A stretch of 64,000 nt of DNA, from positions 81,964,001 through 82,028,000 of the forward strand of contig CM060732.1 in assembly GCA_030704615.1 (NCBI GenBank), written 5' to 3'. The notes beneath the pieces were generated by a model. It ran no database searches. It saw nothing but the letters and a program-made list of their open reading frames with translations, and was not told the DNA's origin. Positions 19,295 through 33,867 of the stretch are shown piece after piece (the first letter of the stretch is position 1; each line of letters opens with the position of its first letter). Position numbers and translations under genes: made by a program. This DNA comes from Takakia lepidozioides. Taxonomy: Eukaryota > Plantae > Bryophyta.

Positions 19295-22200
19295 TTAATA
19301 CTTACAATGATATATTGTAATGTTTGAGAATATTGTCTAATGCAAATAGAGATACGTTATGTATGAATTGTCTCCACGAATATGATGTTTTGTAGCAGTG
19401 ACTCAACATTGCCATAGGGACCATATTTTCAGCTACGTACCCCATAAGAGTGGCAGCTTTGCGAGTGAGTATTTTAAATATTTGGAACCATGGTTGAAAT
19501 TGTATTGTAGTCCCATTCTGCGTGTTCTAAATACCCAATCTCTTGTTGGCATGCAGTTTCGAGGTGTTGCGATCTTGGAGACTTTGTCTAGATGGCATAT
19601 ATTTTGAGTGTCAAATGATGCCTAATAGTAGAGTGTGTCAAAGTTGCAGAAATCAACATTGATGTGCATATTGTTGTATGATTAATTTGGAGACGGCAAC
19701 ACTCTCTCAATTTTCCTAAATAACTTGTTTGCGAAGCTTGCGCCGCTTGTCAATTCCCATCATGTTTGTGGGTTAATGGCATGGTGGAGCATGTTACAAT
19801 GCATATAACTGTACACAGATTGAGGGCTTATCTTAGCTCGGATCCCATGGTTGCAGACATTTACTCTCTCCCTTTCTTGAAATAAATGCAAAGATTTGAG
19901 GGGTTTTATCTTACCTATGGCCTCTAGCTAGCATTGTTGCAGACATTTAAAAATTTGGTTCAATGGAGAATTATCACTCATCAATCTCTTATTGTTAATT
20001 TGTTTTTTTTGTTACTGAAAAAGTAAATGGAAGGAAAATCTTGTTTTGTATTTTTTAGGAGTATCGTATGATTTAGTTTTCAGAACACTGTAGTAGTACG
20101 TTGAGCTTGTGCATTGCTTGAAGGCTGCCAACCTCTGAGGGAAGGGTGGTGATGTTCGTGCAACCTGAGAAGTCCAATTCACGGAGGCTTGCAAGCTGTC
20201 CGATTGATTCTGGAACCTGTCTGATACTCAGGCAGTTCTCATACTACATTTACACCCTACAGAATTTGCAGCAGTGAAAAACTTTTCTGTGATGTCCTGA
20301 ACACACATTCAGCAACGTATGTTTGGATCTAATTTCAAAAATTCTCTCTCGAGATCGGAACTAAATCACCGCAGTTGATCTCGACTTTTGCACTCAAAGA
20401 ACTATTCTACTGCATTCGCCATACGCCAGTGAGTCTGTTCGTATTTCAGAAGTCAGTTTGCCATGGAAATTTAGTGTAATAAGAAAGACTGGCAAGCTGC
20501 AGTTCTCTGCAGCATATGCAAGACAATGCAAGACTACAGCAAATGTGGCCGACAAACAAGTTGCAACCGAAAATCCACACCCCAGTAAAAGTGTGCATGG
20601 TTGGCTTGGCTATGACAAGATTGGAGATTGGACTCAAGAGGAGAAAGGTATGACCGGTCGACCAACATTTTCGCTTTTGATATTGACAATCGCGCTGGAG
20701 TCCAAGAGATGACATGAATCGCATGTTGTAACATGGGCGAGACACAGGGTAGCTGTACCCCAGCGTACAAGTAGCTCACTTGCACTCCGTCACTGATTTC
20801 TGATCCTCGAGGGCAGGATATGGTCCATGATAACTTCCGGCCTCCTATCAAACCAATCAAGAGTGATAAACGATCTAGACACGACTACTCCCAAACCTCA
20901 GAAATTTTAAAATAGGAAGAGGACGAAAAGCTCTAACCCGACGTTATCGCAACAAGACAGCACATCAACAAGAGCAAGGAGAAGGGGAGAAGAAGGTCAG
21001 CCTAAAAACGGATATGGATGGCGGCAAGATGGTGATCTTGCTTGTTGCGGCTCAAGTCTTGTCTCCTTTCCATCAGCCCTCATCGACCAAGGTTCTCCGA
21101 CAATGCTAATCAGACTGGAGACGAAGATTTCTTTGTCAGCGGCAGATTCGCACAGTTTGTTTTGGACATGTTGAAGGGAACAACAATTGTGCCATGAGAT
21201 GTGTCTTTAGCGTCCAAGCAGCGTCTGGATATCTACAAAACCCAAATTCAGTGGAGAACTGTGAATACATTGCCCACACAGTATAAAACTAAGGCACCGA
21301 TATGAGGGGAAACAAGGGGGAAACAAGGACCCACCACAACTATTGGACATGGCCAGATTCAGGCAACGGAGAGCACGTTTAACGTCCAGCGAAAGGAAAA
21401 AGTTGCCCATGACATGTCATAGAGTAGCTGACTGCTTTGAGCAGGGCAAGCCTTCAATTTGGGAAAGAAACGTGTAGGAAGCAGAATTGTAAGTTTAATT
21501 CGACAACTGATGGGAGTTTGGAACTTCTGTGCTGCACATGATCGTGTTCTGCCATAGCTCTCAACAGAGTTGTGCATTGGTTGAGGCACTTGGGGGATTC
21601 AGTTCCACACATAGGCTTATGTTGGAGGTTGCATTGCAATATTAGTGCAGGTCCGAAGGTTCCCACCTCCTAACAGGAGGGAATAGATGACCTCACGAGG
21701 AAAAAAGGCCCACACTGCTGGCTCTGGTCATATGTCTTTACCCTGCAGTCTCCCAATTCTAAGGAGGTGATTGTTCCACTTTAATCACACACCTGCATGA
21801 GTACACACACAATGAGCAACACTCATATCTTTGATTTTTGTATCATTGCCGTTAAGGTTATTTGTGGACAGTTCAGAGATGTTACACATAGTGAGATCCT
21901 CACAATAACAGTTGGAGAGGGAAGAGAACTCTGCTACATGCATTATGATCCTGTTTGAAGGAAGTGAAGAAAATGGTGCTCGAAGTCAATCCAAGGATGG
22001 AGGGTGAGGCGGGTTGAACTTCTCCAATGTTAGACTATATCACCAGAAATCCTTTGGACTCTTGAAAAGTATGGGTAGAACAACCTCTGTCATCTACAGA
22101 TGCATTGCTGCCATAATTACAGGCAGTCCACACAAACTGGGCATGACATGCACTTCATTTCTAGTGGTCACTTCAGGACACACCAGCAGCACAATGGATC

Positions 22201-23086
22201 TGTCACAACCGCATAGTTGGCAATTATCAGATCCAATACAGACAGCCTTCATCTTCCAGCACATTCTGTGGACATGAACTTGAATAGAAAGAATAATAAA
22301 AATAATTTACAATTTCATTGAGATATCATCTGCAATAGATAAAATCTTCAACTAGTTTGTATAAAATTGAAACTTAGTGCAAGGGCATAATAAGAGGGAA
22401 GACAGGGCCACTAGAAATGCTCGAGTCTCTCCCTGTTACATAGGCCTCCACAATATAGTGCAACTACTTCACAAAGTCTATCCTGCCCTGGAAAGAGCAT
22501 ATTGCTTTGATTACTGGAACTCAGTGCATTTCAATTTTAAACTTTGCAGCTAAGGGCCACTGCTAAAAAACGGGAAGTGGTATTAATAGCGTTTCACTGT
22601 CTCACCATGATCTGGACTGCTTTATCACAGATGCAACTTTGTAACAGCACTCCTGATGAAGTCCAGCTGACAGTTTCTGAGGTGATAATGCTGCTGGATG
22701 CAGGTCCATATAGTGAATCATGAACAACTTCTAGTGCAATAAAATTGTCAAGAACCTGTTTTATGGATGTTACATACAAAATGTGCAAATGATGATGAAC
22801 CACAAGTCAGTCTTAATACCAGTATGATCTTCTCAAATCGAGACACACAGACCTAGAAGCAAGACAGCCAGACATAAGACTGTATATTTCATTCCAACCT
22901 GATTAAATACTGTTAACAGCTTAACAGCAACAATTCCCTCAACCTCTTTGGGCAACATCAGTGGCTCATGCTCACTAGCCACTCAATAATAAATCAAAAG
23001 TATCATAAATGAGAACTACATGCCTCAGTCATCTTGTACAATACAGTGAGGAGTTCACATAAAAGAAAAGAGAGTTAATTGTAGGT

Positions 23087-26000
23087 TTATGGTGGCACAC
23101 CCCTCTTTTTCTTACCAAAAGCAGTGCAGGTGCCACATCGTCTGCAAACCTGTGGCATGCCACAGACTACACTCTGTCAGTCCCCCTTCTATATATTTAC
23201 CCATCCTGGCCCACCTGCACATCTCACTGAGACCAAACCCACCCACAGCACAAGCAGGACAGAATTAATACAACGAACTGATGCTCCTTTCCAACAACCT
23301 GGCTCCAAAGTTGTCCTCGTAATACTTTCTGTAAAACTATGAGTGCCAAAAGTATGAGATATGAACAGATGTACCTTGGCTGCAGAGCCAATAGGTTCAC
23401 CACAACCACTGCAGATCTGACGTCCACGGCCTGCCCCTGTCGCATACTTCTTCGGTGGCACAGTAGCAGCAATCAGTGGGTTTAACATACTGTACTCTTG
23501 TTTTGAAGAGCTTGAATGGACTGAGTCCCCTGAAGGCTCTGCAGCTTTACATGTCCTGGGGTCCCACGACTCCATGTGGCTGGATGGCTCTGCTAGCCCT
23601 GGTGTGTAAGGGCTCTGTGGCTGCTGCACCTGCATGGGGGTTGGAGAAGCTTCCTGCATCTCACTTTCCGCCAGCACCCTGCTGGAAGTTTGTGAGGCTA
23701 CCTCCTCACGACTGCTACTGGGATCGTCACTATGCTTATCAGAGAGTGGATCTGGACGGAAGAGGGTTGCAAGGTGATGCTGGTGAAGGTAGGTAGAGAG
23801 GGGCAGGCTGGCATCTTGCAGGAGGCGCACCATGCTTACTCGCTCCTCACGATCAGGCTGGCTGTTAAGGTCTATTGCTGCCTTACTGGGCCCCTCCTCG
23901 GCCCTCAAGTCAGGATGTTGTACAGCTGGTAGAGTAGGAGCTCCCTCTCCAGTAGGCCCCACCGGAGTTTCAGGACGGGAAGCAGTCTCAAGCAAGGAGG
24001 CGGAGTCAGAAACGTCGTCTCGGGCCCACTCACGCTTCTTCCGTGCCAGCTCTGACTCACGCTCGAATTGACGTTTCTTGCGGCGCTGCATTAGTGTCTT
24101 GAAGCGACGCTTCACTGTGACACACACATTGCACACACAAGTTGGTTTGTGCTTGGGGCCCTTGCCACTTGGGGGCTGGATGCACACAATGCAGCTACAG
24201 CCAGGCCGATGGCGAGGGTGCTTGGTAGTGCGCATAGGTGAAGCTGGGCTTGTGGTTGCTGCTGCTGCCTGTGCCAGTGCATCAAGGCCAGCAGCTGGTG
24301 TAGTGGTTGGCTCTCCTCCTGTTGTGGCCGCCAACGTCAGCCTTGTGGTGCCGCCCTGCTTCCCACCCTCTGCATCATGTCAGCCACCCCACCACCCAGG
24401 CTCTGTCACCCTCCATTCACAACCTAAACCCCACCACGAACTCGCACAATAAAACATCCCCTTAAGTCATATTATAGACCCAGGCAAGAAGGAAACGAAT
24501 GCTTGCCTTGAGCAACTGTCAGACTCAGCAGTAGATCAAGTTTCTCATTGCTTAGTTCTTGGGGCGCACTGCACAGTGCTCTGTCAAAGCAACCACCCCA
24601 GACAAACACCTCAAAGGCTGTCAAGGTAACCTAGTAAGTCATGATATGCTTTCTCTTGTCAAGATACAAAACCACATGCAAAGTTGGGATTATCACTTAC
24701 TAGGGCAAGCAAACAAGGACAAGCCATTATACTTGCAGCCTTCTTGAGCTTCCAAAAGACATCATTGAAACTAACCAGTCATAGATACAATAAGAAGCTG
24801 AAAACCTTGGGCCATGGGATCAAGTAGCAATACCCACTTGATAACCCACAGGGAACAAGGGTGCTCAACCAACCTTCCCATAGGGACATCAGTAAGGGAA
24901 AGGAAAGGAAAAAAGGAACTAGAACAAACTAACCTCGGTGGATCCCAAGTATTATTAGCACAAGACCACCGAGTAGGCACAAAAGCTTCAACGGGCAACC
25001 GGCGCCAGTTACCACACTCATCACACTGTGCCCATTGTGCTTGTTCCCTGCAGTAGCCCCTCCTCCTCAATAATCGTAAAACAGGCCATGCCCCCACTCT
25101 ATTGCCAAAGGCCCACTGTACTTTTTTGCCCTTCCCACGAGAGTCATAGCCCTTCTCCTAGCCACAATACTGAAAAGATCATGCTCCCTCTTACTGCCAC
25201 ACCTTGCTTTGCTCTTGCAAGACAAGTAGGAAAAATTAAAGGAGAAAGGATTAACAAGACAACTCTTTCTTCGGTCATGCCAATTCAATGAGCTGGCTTA
25301 GTCGGGGTAACACACAACCCCTGGTTTCAAGAGGCCTCCTACTGCTTCCTTCCTCACTGTTTCCCCTTTCAGCAAAAGTACATCTACACTTCTCTACTGG
25401 TCAGTCCGTGATTGACCAAAACACTTGCCAGCACTGTGCAGTTGTCACAGTTTACAATTAACACAGGTTGGGAACATAATCCAAATGTCTCCATTCTTGG
25501 CCAGAGAAATATTAAGGATGTCATTTCTTTAATTTGCCATGGCCTTGTCACCATACCTGAGATTGGGCAGCAGAAAAGTTGGGGGAGGGGAGCACAGTAC
25601 CATAAGGTCACTACCATAAAAAAAGGCTCCATCCAACAGGCGACATACCTCAGTAAGTGTATCTGATGAGGAAATACATATTTTCCTCTATAGATCTCTT
25701 TCCTGTACCATCAAGAGCTAAAACCTCTCACAAGACTTTCAAGACTTTCAAGCTCCAAAAAAAGGGTGGAGTAGCAATCTTGAAAGCTCTTTTCTTCAGT
25801 TGGTTTAGTCAGAATATGTGCATTCCATCTTTTGCTCCGTAGCATTGTGCTCGCTGGACATGATTGAACACCCAGAAGGACCTAGCACTAAAAAGTTTCA
25901 TGATGTCTCCTTTTGTTCCCACTATGTAACATCGTGCTTGTTGGACGTGATTGACCACCAAGGGTCACCAAGCATACAAAGTTTCATGCTGTTTCCACTA

Positions 26001-29000
26001 CGTGACATTCTGCTCACTAGATGGAGGAATGCCAAGAGTATCGGCACAGAGTAGCTGTGACTTTTGCAGGACAGATATGCTTTGGTTTATGAACAGAAAT
26101 GTCCTCCCAGTTCACATCCTTTGACACTGGGGGAGTATAAGGGGGAAGCTCACCATGACATGTCTTTTTGCTTCAAAGGGAGGTCCATCTGATCTGGATC
26201 TCACCAAAATTGATAGAGTATTGTGCGTGCTATCTACACTAGGCTTTGTGAATCACTAAAACCATTCCTTGAGGGGCCTTAGGGAGAGGAATTTTGAGGT
26301 TCTCCGTGCAACCTTGGTAATAGTACCCTACTGTTAAGCCCCTCAAATGTGTTGGTGTGACCAGCAGAGTGTGACCTGTAACTACTGAAATTGACCAACT
26401 GCACACGGACAACTGCCCGGGCCCACTGAGTAGAGGTAATGGAAGCTAGGTGTCGCTCGTGGTGTTCAGTCAGAGCTCGATTTCCAACCAGTCCAGGTCA
26501 TGTGGTACATCAGCATTCTCCAGCACACTTTGATCTTTAAGCACTGCAGCAAGGGTGCTCTATTTAAAAAACTTCATAAAGAGAGTTCACAGAGCTTCCT
26601 AATTGATCCGTGCTTGTGTTTGTTCCAAGGTGCAATGTAGAATGCCCAGTCACTATTACTGTAACACCCGGGAAAGAATGTGGAATGGTCTTGTCCGATT
26701 GAGGCAGCAACGGCTTCTACAAGGCAGGATTGCACATCAACCTCGGCGACTCTGGGAATGAGGCCACCAGCTTTTGGGAATGCCTACAAACTTCAAACCT
26801 ATCCTCCTTCCGATATGTGTGCCTATTAGATAACTAATGAAGCAGCACTCAGTTTCCCACCATACTACAACAAGGAATATGGCAGTTCCGTTGAAATTAC
26901 AGCTCACAGTGCTAGGTGCCTGGGGAATCAAAAGCATGACTTGGGAGGTCTATGGCAGCCACATACTTCTCCTGGGAAAAGACCTAGGTCAAGGACAGAA
27001 TTACAGCAATTTCTGAGGGTGGATTAGTGAAGAGATGTGCCCATTAGGTATATGAACTATTTCATCCTTGGTGTCAATGAAGAGAAACTTTAAGGACCGT
27101 TGGTCACACAAATCAGTTAACAGAGCAAATCGATCACTGTCAGTGAAGGCACAGGGTTAAATCCAGTATGAGATTGCATCCAGAGCTACTCTGGCCCCCC
27201 AATTCGACAAAGATGGCACACTTGGCTATGTGCACAATGAAAGGGCAGTCTTGAGACGAAGACAAATGAAATGAAATGGTGCTTTACAAAAGAAAGAAAG
27301 AAGAAGTCTATACTGCGAGCTACAAGAGGGACAAAGTATAAAGGAGAACAAAAAACCCACTGGGAGAGAGAGAAAACTTACCCCAAACCTGTAGAGCTGA
27401 AAAAGGTTCTCTTAGAAAATACTGGGGGTTCCTGAAGAAATGCAACCGGCCACAAGGGTTCTCAGCATGTCACATTGATAACCAGGAATTCACTGTCCCC
27501 AAGATCAGAGGACAATTTTCTCCAAAAGAGAGTGGACAAATGGCACATGTCTCTTGTCAACATTCTCAAAAGCCAGAGGTCAAAGTCCTACGTTTTCCTG
27601 TCTATCAACTTTCACTAAGAATTCCCGATGGTTGTACAAACCAAGTCAACTTTCACAAAATGAAAGTCACTGGCAAGAGTTTCCAAGTGGCTTTGAGAAA
27701 CATGGAACATCCAGATGTACTTCATAAAATTTTGAAGCAACTTAATTTGAAGGACTATATCTGAGAGGCTACATCCTGTATGGATGAGAAGGTACCGCAT
27801 ATTCTTCAAACTCGTGGCCATCAATTGTGATGAGGGTGGGCACAGCAGATGGAGGGGGCCGCAATAGATCTTGCGCCTCCTCCCAGCTAATCTTGAGGGC
27901 CTGCGCATCATCAGTGTCAACCCGCAGCCGCTTGCTTTTCGAGCCAAGCGGACGTCCTCGCTTGCGATCCACTTGTGAAGAGAATCCCCCCCCCACCATT
28001 GTACCATCTTTTGGTTTAGCAGCCGCAACTTTATTATTCCACACATCACTTGATTGTGGTGCCACACCAACCCCACTTGCAGAAGGCAAGCCATTAGTGT
28101 TGGTTGTGGGCCCGGTTGTGGCATTATCCTGAACCATACATCCCTGGACTTTCCCACCATTAGAATCTTTTGCAATTTATGATGGAAAAAGGAAAGCAAA
28201 GAACCAGATCTGAAAGGTGGGTGGGCCTGGGCATTCCCATTAGCTGGGGGTGCCGAAGTCTATTGATACATTTACAGCATGATTCACGGAGGAAATTTGA
28301 AGAAGTGGTAGTACAATAGTCCCTTAGTCTCCATGACAGTATAACTACCAGAGTCTTTCAATATAGTCCCACTTATCCTTACACTACTACGAAGTGCAGT
28401 TTGAGGGTTTTTTAGACTATTTGCGTCAAGTAAGCTGCTTGGCCTTCTTCCATTTGGGCAGTATGGCCATTCATATAAAATTGTTGAGCAAAGATGTTGA
28501 CAGCATGATCCATGACTGTTTGTTTCAATTAGGCTGCTAGGCCTTGTCAACATTGGGGAGGTTGGGCCATTAACTCCTGTAAAATCATTGAGTGAATAGG
28601 CACATTTAGAGCATGATTCATGGAGCAAATAAGATTTAAGTCATAATTACGGAAGTCTTTCCATACCATGAGCAAATGCCATACATCCTCACATTACTAA
28701 GAATTGCAGAATGTTCTCTATGGATTGTTTGCTTGGAGTAGGCTGCTAGGCCTTGTCGACATTTGGGCAGGATGGACAATTAGTTTTGTAAAATCAGTCT
28801 GCAAAGAGATGTATTTATGGCATCATTCACGAGCAAATATGATCCATGTGAGCAAATCCCTCTCTTGTAACCGTATAATTGAGTTTGTTGTGATGGATTT
28901 GGTTCTTCTGTGGCAAATAGTGGGCACACTTTTTGGTGCAGGTCATTTGATAATTGTACACGCATCTGTAACCAAGGTTCAATGCGAATAATTCCTGTCA

Positions 29001-32000
29001 CTAATCAGTCATGACATTGACACTTACGACCTCATAATCACAAACCAAATCCTTGATTCGACCACTCATAGAGGCTCAGAGAAACAAAGGAGGTCTTTTG
29101 TTAGTGTGAACCTGAGAAGATAGAGATGTAGGAGCTCTGCGATATCCCATCACCAGCTTCCCATCTGCTTCTAGCTTCCCGTCTGCTTCCAGTCTACTGA
29201 AGGTAACTGTAGTGACACTTGACATCAGTATGTAGTAAGACTTACATCAGTATCACTCTTCTCTTCAAACACATGTAGCTGAAAACAGACAGAAGAGAAG
29301 ACACAAATGTACCCACCTGTGTCACTAGCTTTGGGGAGGTAAGTGTAGTAGCACTTGACAAGACACAAATCTACCTACTTGTGTCACCAGCTTGGAGAGT
29401 TAACTGTAGTTACAATTGACATCAGTATGACTTTTCTCTTCAAACAGAGGATGGTGAAGGCACTGAAAGCAGATAAAAGACAAGACACACATGTACATAC
29501 CTGTGTCACCAGCTTGGAGACGCATGGCCTGGATGCATGGTGTGACACCCTCTAGCACATACATGCGGCTGTTGTTGTTGGGCCAAAAGCGAAACTGGAA
29601 AACCCAGTCCCTTCCTGTCACGTCTTGTATCCTCAATGGTTGTCCTTCTGGCTGGTGTATGGGTGGGAAATACGCCTGCATCCAACCCCACCCATACATC
29701 ACTCTTACACCTCTTATACACGCTGAAACACACATGTACTCCATTTTAATCATCATCAACATATATTATGTGAGAGCCTGGTAAAGTCTGACCTCACACT
29801 TGAGACGTAACCAAAAATAAAGAGAGCCACATCCAAAGGTAAAGAAGAACACATGAGATGAAAACAAAGGCATCAGGACAAAATGACAAGGAAATGATGA
29901 AGAGGAAGGAATCCTCAAAGGATTCACTTAGAGAGTCAATCCAAGAGAATAAGACCATCACCTATAACTCTATATGATAATTAGTAGAGACATAAACCTA
30001 AACGTTCTGGAAAGAACTACATACCGGCCTACAGAACTGACTTAACATGCTTCAACCCCAGTCATATTGTGGAAAACCTTCTATCAAGACATACATACTG
30101 TCTTGGTTTCTATCCCTTCCTAATTGTTGTTCCCTGCGTCTCTCACCTCAGCACACGCCTTGGGAAGCACAAGGCGCCCGATGCGACCTGTGTCACTGGC
30201 ACTAAGCATCTTCTCAAACAGAGGTGTGATCACAGTATTGGTGCTGGAGCAAATTGTTAAGCATCACATTGTGTCTTCCACCCAAGTTTCCACTAATGTA
30301 AAAGTACACCATACCATGCCAAAACCTATCTTTCAACTCGTTGTTTGTTGGCATCAAATTTATAGCATGCTGGCTACAAACACCCACAAGCGACTGATAA
30401 GGACAAGACTTAAATCTGAATGAACCTTCTCATACTCATACAATTTTTCCCTTGTCCACATGCTTAACAAAGAAAAAATGGTGGCCCAAGCTTTTCAGTT
30501 TTCTAGGATAGGTTGAACCACATCAAGGAAGAGTGTAGTTTGACACAGCACATCTAGCATTTGAGAGGTTGTTGCTTGGTTTGGTTATGGCGTTAAGCAT
30601 ATCGAGGATACTCTCCAGATGCGATCTGTTGGAGCTCTTGGTCTGTAATGCGGGGCCAATAGCGGGGGAGCAACTGATTGCGGCCTCGGCCCTCCCCTGG
30701 TGGCCGTGCTACACGAAGGGGAGCTTGTGGGTCAAAACCTGGTTCCAAAACAACAGCAGAGTTGTTCAGGGGACGTGGTAGCAGCTGGCGGATGCGTGGA
30801 GGTCGATATAGGCCTGCTGCCTTAGCCTCCCCCGACTCCACTGCACCTGCTTCCATGCCTGCCTGCTGGACCCCTTCCCCCACCCCCTCCTTGGCTGGAC
30901 TGGATCCTCCTGATGTAGGCAAACCTGCTGATACATCTGCACCTGGCCTGGAAGGTGAAGGTGGAGAGATCTCACATGCTGGTGACTCTGAGCCTCTGCC
31001 ACTGCTCCATTCCCTAGCTCCAACTTGGATGGGCTCTTCTACAGAGGTAGCCCTGTTACCTCCTAGAGTGTTAACATGAGGTTCCAATTCTGTAACAGGT
31101 GTGTCGCCCTCCCTCATTGTAGGCTCTCCAATACTGTTGCTCTCAACTTGTTGCTCAGAGCCGGGCTTAAGATGCCACGGTACAGGGAGCCCAGAAGTAT
31201 TTGTGGAAGGAATAGAAGGAGCAGATGAAGAATGCCATGGTCCAGCTTCAGAATGCTGCACAGGTATTGTAGGTCCAAACCCGTCGCACCAGCCTCTCAT
31301 AGCTGGGTCTACCACTTTCACCGGGGTGACTGCTGCTGCTGGTGACAAAAGCTGCAGTCTATGTTTCACAACCTGACCCACATACATGAATATATCCACA
31401 GTCATCGAGAGTCTGCCAAACAAACCATCTGCAAGCTATGGATGTTTAGCGGGCCGATTGCTATTACTCCAGTAATATAACACACGTAAATCTTTGTCAA
31501 CCCTGAGCACTTGCATCCCAATTAGTTTTTCGCATCGGTATCATGACCATTGCTTGCAAAATAAGGACCTGCTAAATGCATCAAGGCTACCACTTCCTAA
31601 AGCAGTAGAGAACTGTACCAGGGAAGGTGCAGCAGTAGGATCATGGGTTTGGGCACAACTAATGCACTCCACACCACCTCTTTCAAGCAGCACCACTCCA
31701 TGCATTGATGCTATGCAACCACAGTGTACACGCTGCACCCAACACCACCCTCCATGTGTCACCCACTTTTCAAGGACATCACAGCAGCCATGAGGAAAAC
31801 ATGAATATGTAACTGGCAAGTTCCCAGATCAACAAGTGGTCTTCTTCACCCACTTATGTGACTGGACTACTATCAACAATCTCCCAAAGAATAAATAAAA
31901 GGAAAAAAGCCAAACCTTTCTGCAGGAGTTACATGTTCTCCATCCTGCATCATCACAATGGAAAGTCTCGCAAAAGCGTAACTGCTCATATATCAAACTG

Positions 32001-33532
32001 CATACCAACCCAGCCACCCCTCATTTCAGAAAATGAATTAAATTATGACTGTGTTAGACAGCTACAATCTTCATGCAACAATCATTGCCTAGCAATGGAG
32101 GTACTTTGGCTAGGTATGCACTAAGAATCCCAAAAGCAAACTCCTCTGATTTAGTGAGTAGGTAATGTGGTAGTCTGGATTGCCACCTAGAGACAGGATC
32201 ATAACCTAACAAAAGATGGTAAGGCAGTTGTGTAGCCCTTAGGCAACATTAGGGACATTTAATTCTGCAATGAGCTGATTCTGTTTGCAGTTGGATTATA
32301 TCTTGGACATGTCATTGAAAGGCACCCAACAGAAATTGGAACTTGCCGTGGCCGTCATGTCATCCCCAACACCAAAACTGACCATTCCTTGTTGACGAGT
32401 TGCATCCATACGAAACAAATTGTACAATGCGGTGGAAGGGGGGCTTTGAGAGGCACTGTATGCCTGATGAAGAGAACCCTCAACAGAAGCCAGGCTTAAA
32501 CCCACACACAGGAATGTCCCAACCATTTCAAACTAAAATCTGGCTATACTATCTGACTTCCCTCACTGAGGTGCCCTAATACACAGCTCGGGTACAGCAC
32601 TACAGTAGCAGCTTCCCCTTGTTAAGAACATAACAGGATACAGTGCACAGGATTCCAAACCGTGCATTCTAATAGGTCGAGGTGCTTGGAACTGTGCTTG
32701 TGAGGTTCCTCAAGCAGGGGAAAAACCTAAATGAACTACCAAAGGTTGCTATGAACTCTTGCAACCACCAGATTAACTATCAGTGGACAAAGGCTATAGT
32801 TTTAGCATAGTGTGAGGCTCGACTTGACCTAACTGGGGCAGCCATCAGAGGATGAACAAAGGACAGACATGAGCCTTCGAATGATGCTCCAGGAGGTGGC
32901 CTGGACAATAAGTCCCAGTCCAGCATTGATTCATGTACTAATTAGCCTTAACCTGAAGACTTAAGTTCATGGGCACAGAATGAAATCTATGGTTGATAAC
33001 TCAAAGGATGGTATGTTTTTGCGAATAGATGACATTGGCTCTTACTGACATTCACTTGAATCGCGAGAGTTTTGCATGCACGTTGGGAAATCTCCTAATT
33101 CCATGTACGTTGAATGTGATGCCCATCTTGTACCGAATACGTCTGACGAGACTTCCATGAAAGCACTTAATTGGCAAACAGGCTTCCGGATCTTCTGCAG
33201 AACGTCACTACTTACACTAGCTGGTTGCTGCCAAACAACTACGCCAGTCGTCTGAGCTACACCCTACCTAAGCAATCGTCGAATACTCACGCACGCAAAC
33301 AGTGGAAGGGAAGAGAATATGCGGAAGCGAGGCATGATTTGGTTACGGGAAATAGCCCAGGATTTGCAATAAGAAAATTTCCCTCGGCTCCCCTCAGCAC
33401 TCGATCGACTTACCCGCAGGAATCACAAAGGTCTGCTGTGTACCCAGAGTGCACCCGCCAGCCAGGCCGCCATTGCGAGGAGCTGCTAGTGCCGCACTTA
33501 ACATTCCAGCACACTTTGCGGCCTCCTTCCAT
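23087..33532 (-). CDS. VAL: VAL/HSI2-like B3 transcriptional repressor (PHD-like, B3, CW zinc finger, EAR), ~14 coding exons
   Basis: Exons inferred from motifs and splice sites: 33532-33414 ([25 protein letters not shown]), 31997-31916, 31732-31619, 31372-30612 ([19 protein letters not shown]), 30243-30147 ([26 protein letters not shown]), 29675-29501 ([20 protein letters not shown]), 29206-29112, ~28259-28205 (uncertain), ~28140-27796, 27431-27382, 25047-24934 ([15 protein letters not shown]), 24580-24507, 24369-23375 ([27 protein letters not shown]; EAR IDLNSQP), 23149-23087. Confidence 0.93.
26690..27100 (+). mobile_element. Highly decayed Ty3/gypsy RT-like remnant within a VAL intron
   Basis: Scattered motifs in expected order across frames: SNGFY, FGNA..LQ and [11 protein letters not shown]; many stops. 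Confidence 0.3.
28415..28860. repeat. Three degenerate ~100-bp direct repeats in a VAL intron
   Basis: gctgct(a/t)ggcctt...catt(t)ggg..g..tgg...taaaat...gca...atgatccatg recurs near 28430, 28530 and 28740. Confidence 0.7.
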
Positions 33533-33867
33533 GCCCAGTCCCCTCAAACAGTCCTAAAACACTCGACACCTTCCGCACTGCAGCTCAAGTCTCTCGCCTA
33601 CCAGACCTAACACCTTCCCATCTATCCTCCAGCAACAAAAGTGCCTACACAACAAGTAGATTAACGCCTCGGCCTAGAGGGCCACTTCCTCTCACATGCT
33701 CCCAAAATCTCAATTCCATCTAACAATCCCGCCGCACATGATTCTCCCGGGAAGAATCCCACTCGACTACTACCGCACACTCCATAGCCCGCGTGCTGGG
33801 CTTCTCAATCCCCAGCTTTAGAATCGAGGTGGTTGTTGTGGCCTGATGGCACGCTGCCCCTACGGTG

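Noticed and set aside
20440-21700. Possible decayed LINE RT (DNFRP-like motif)
   Set aside because: A single degenerate motif and no ordered series.
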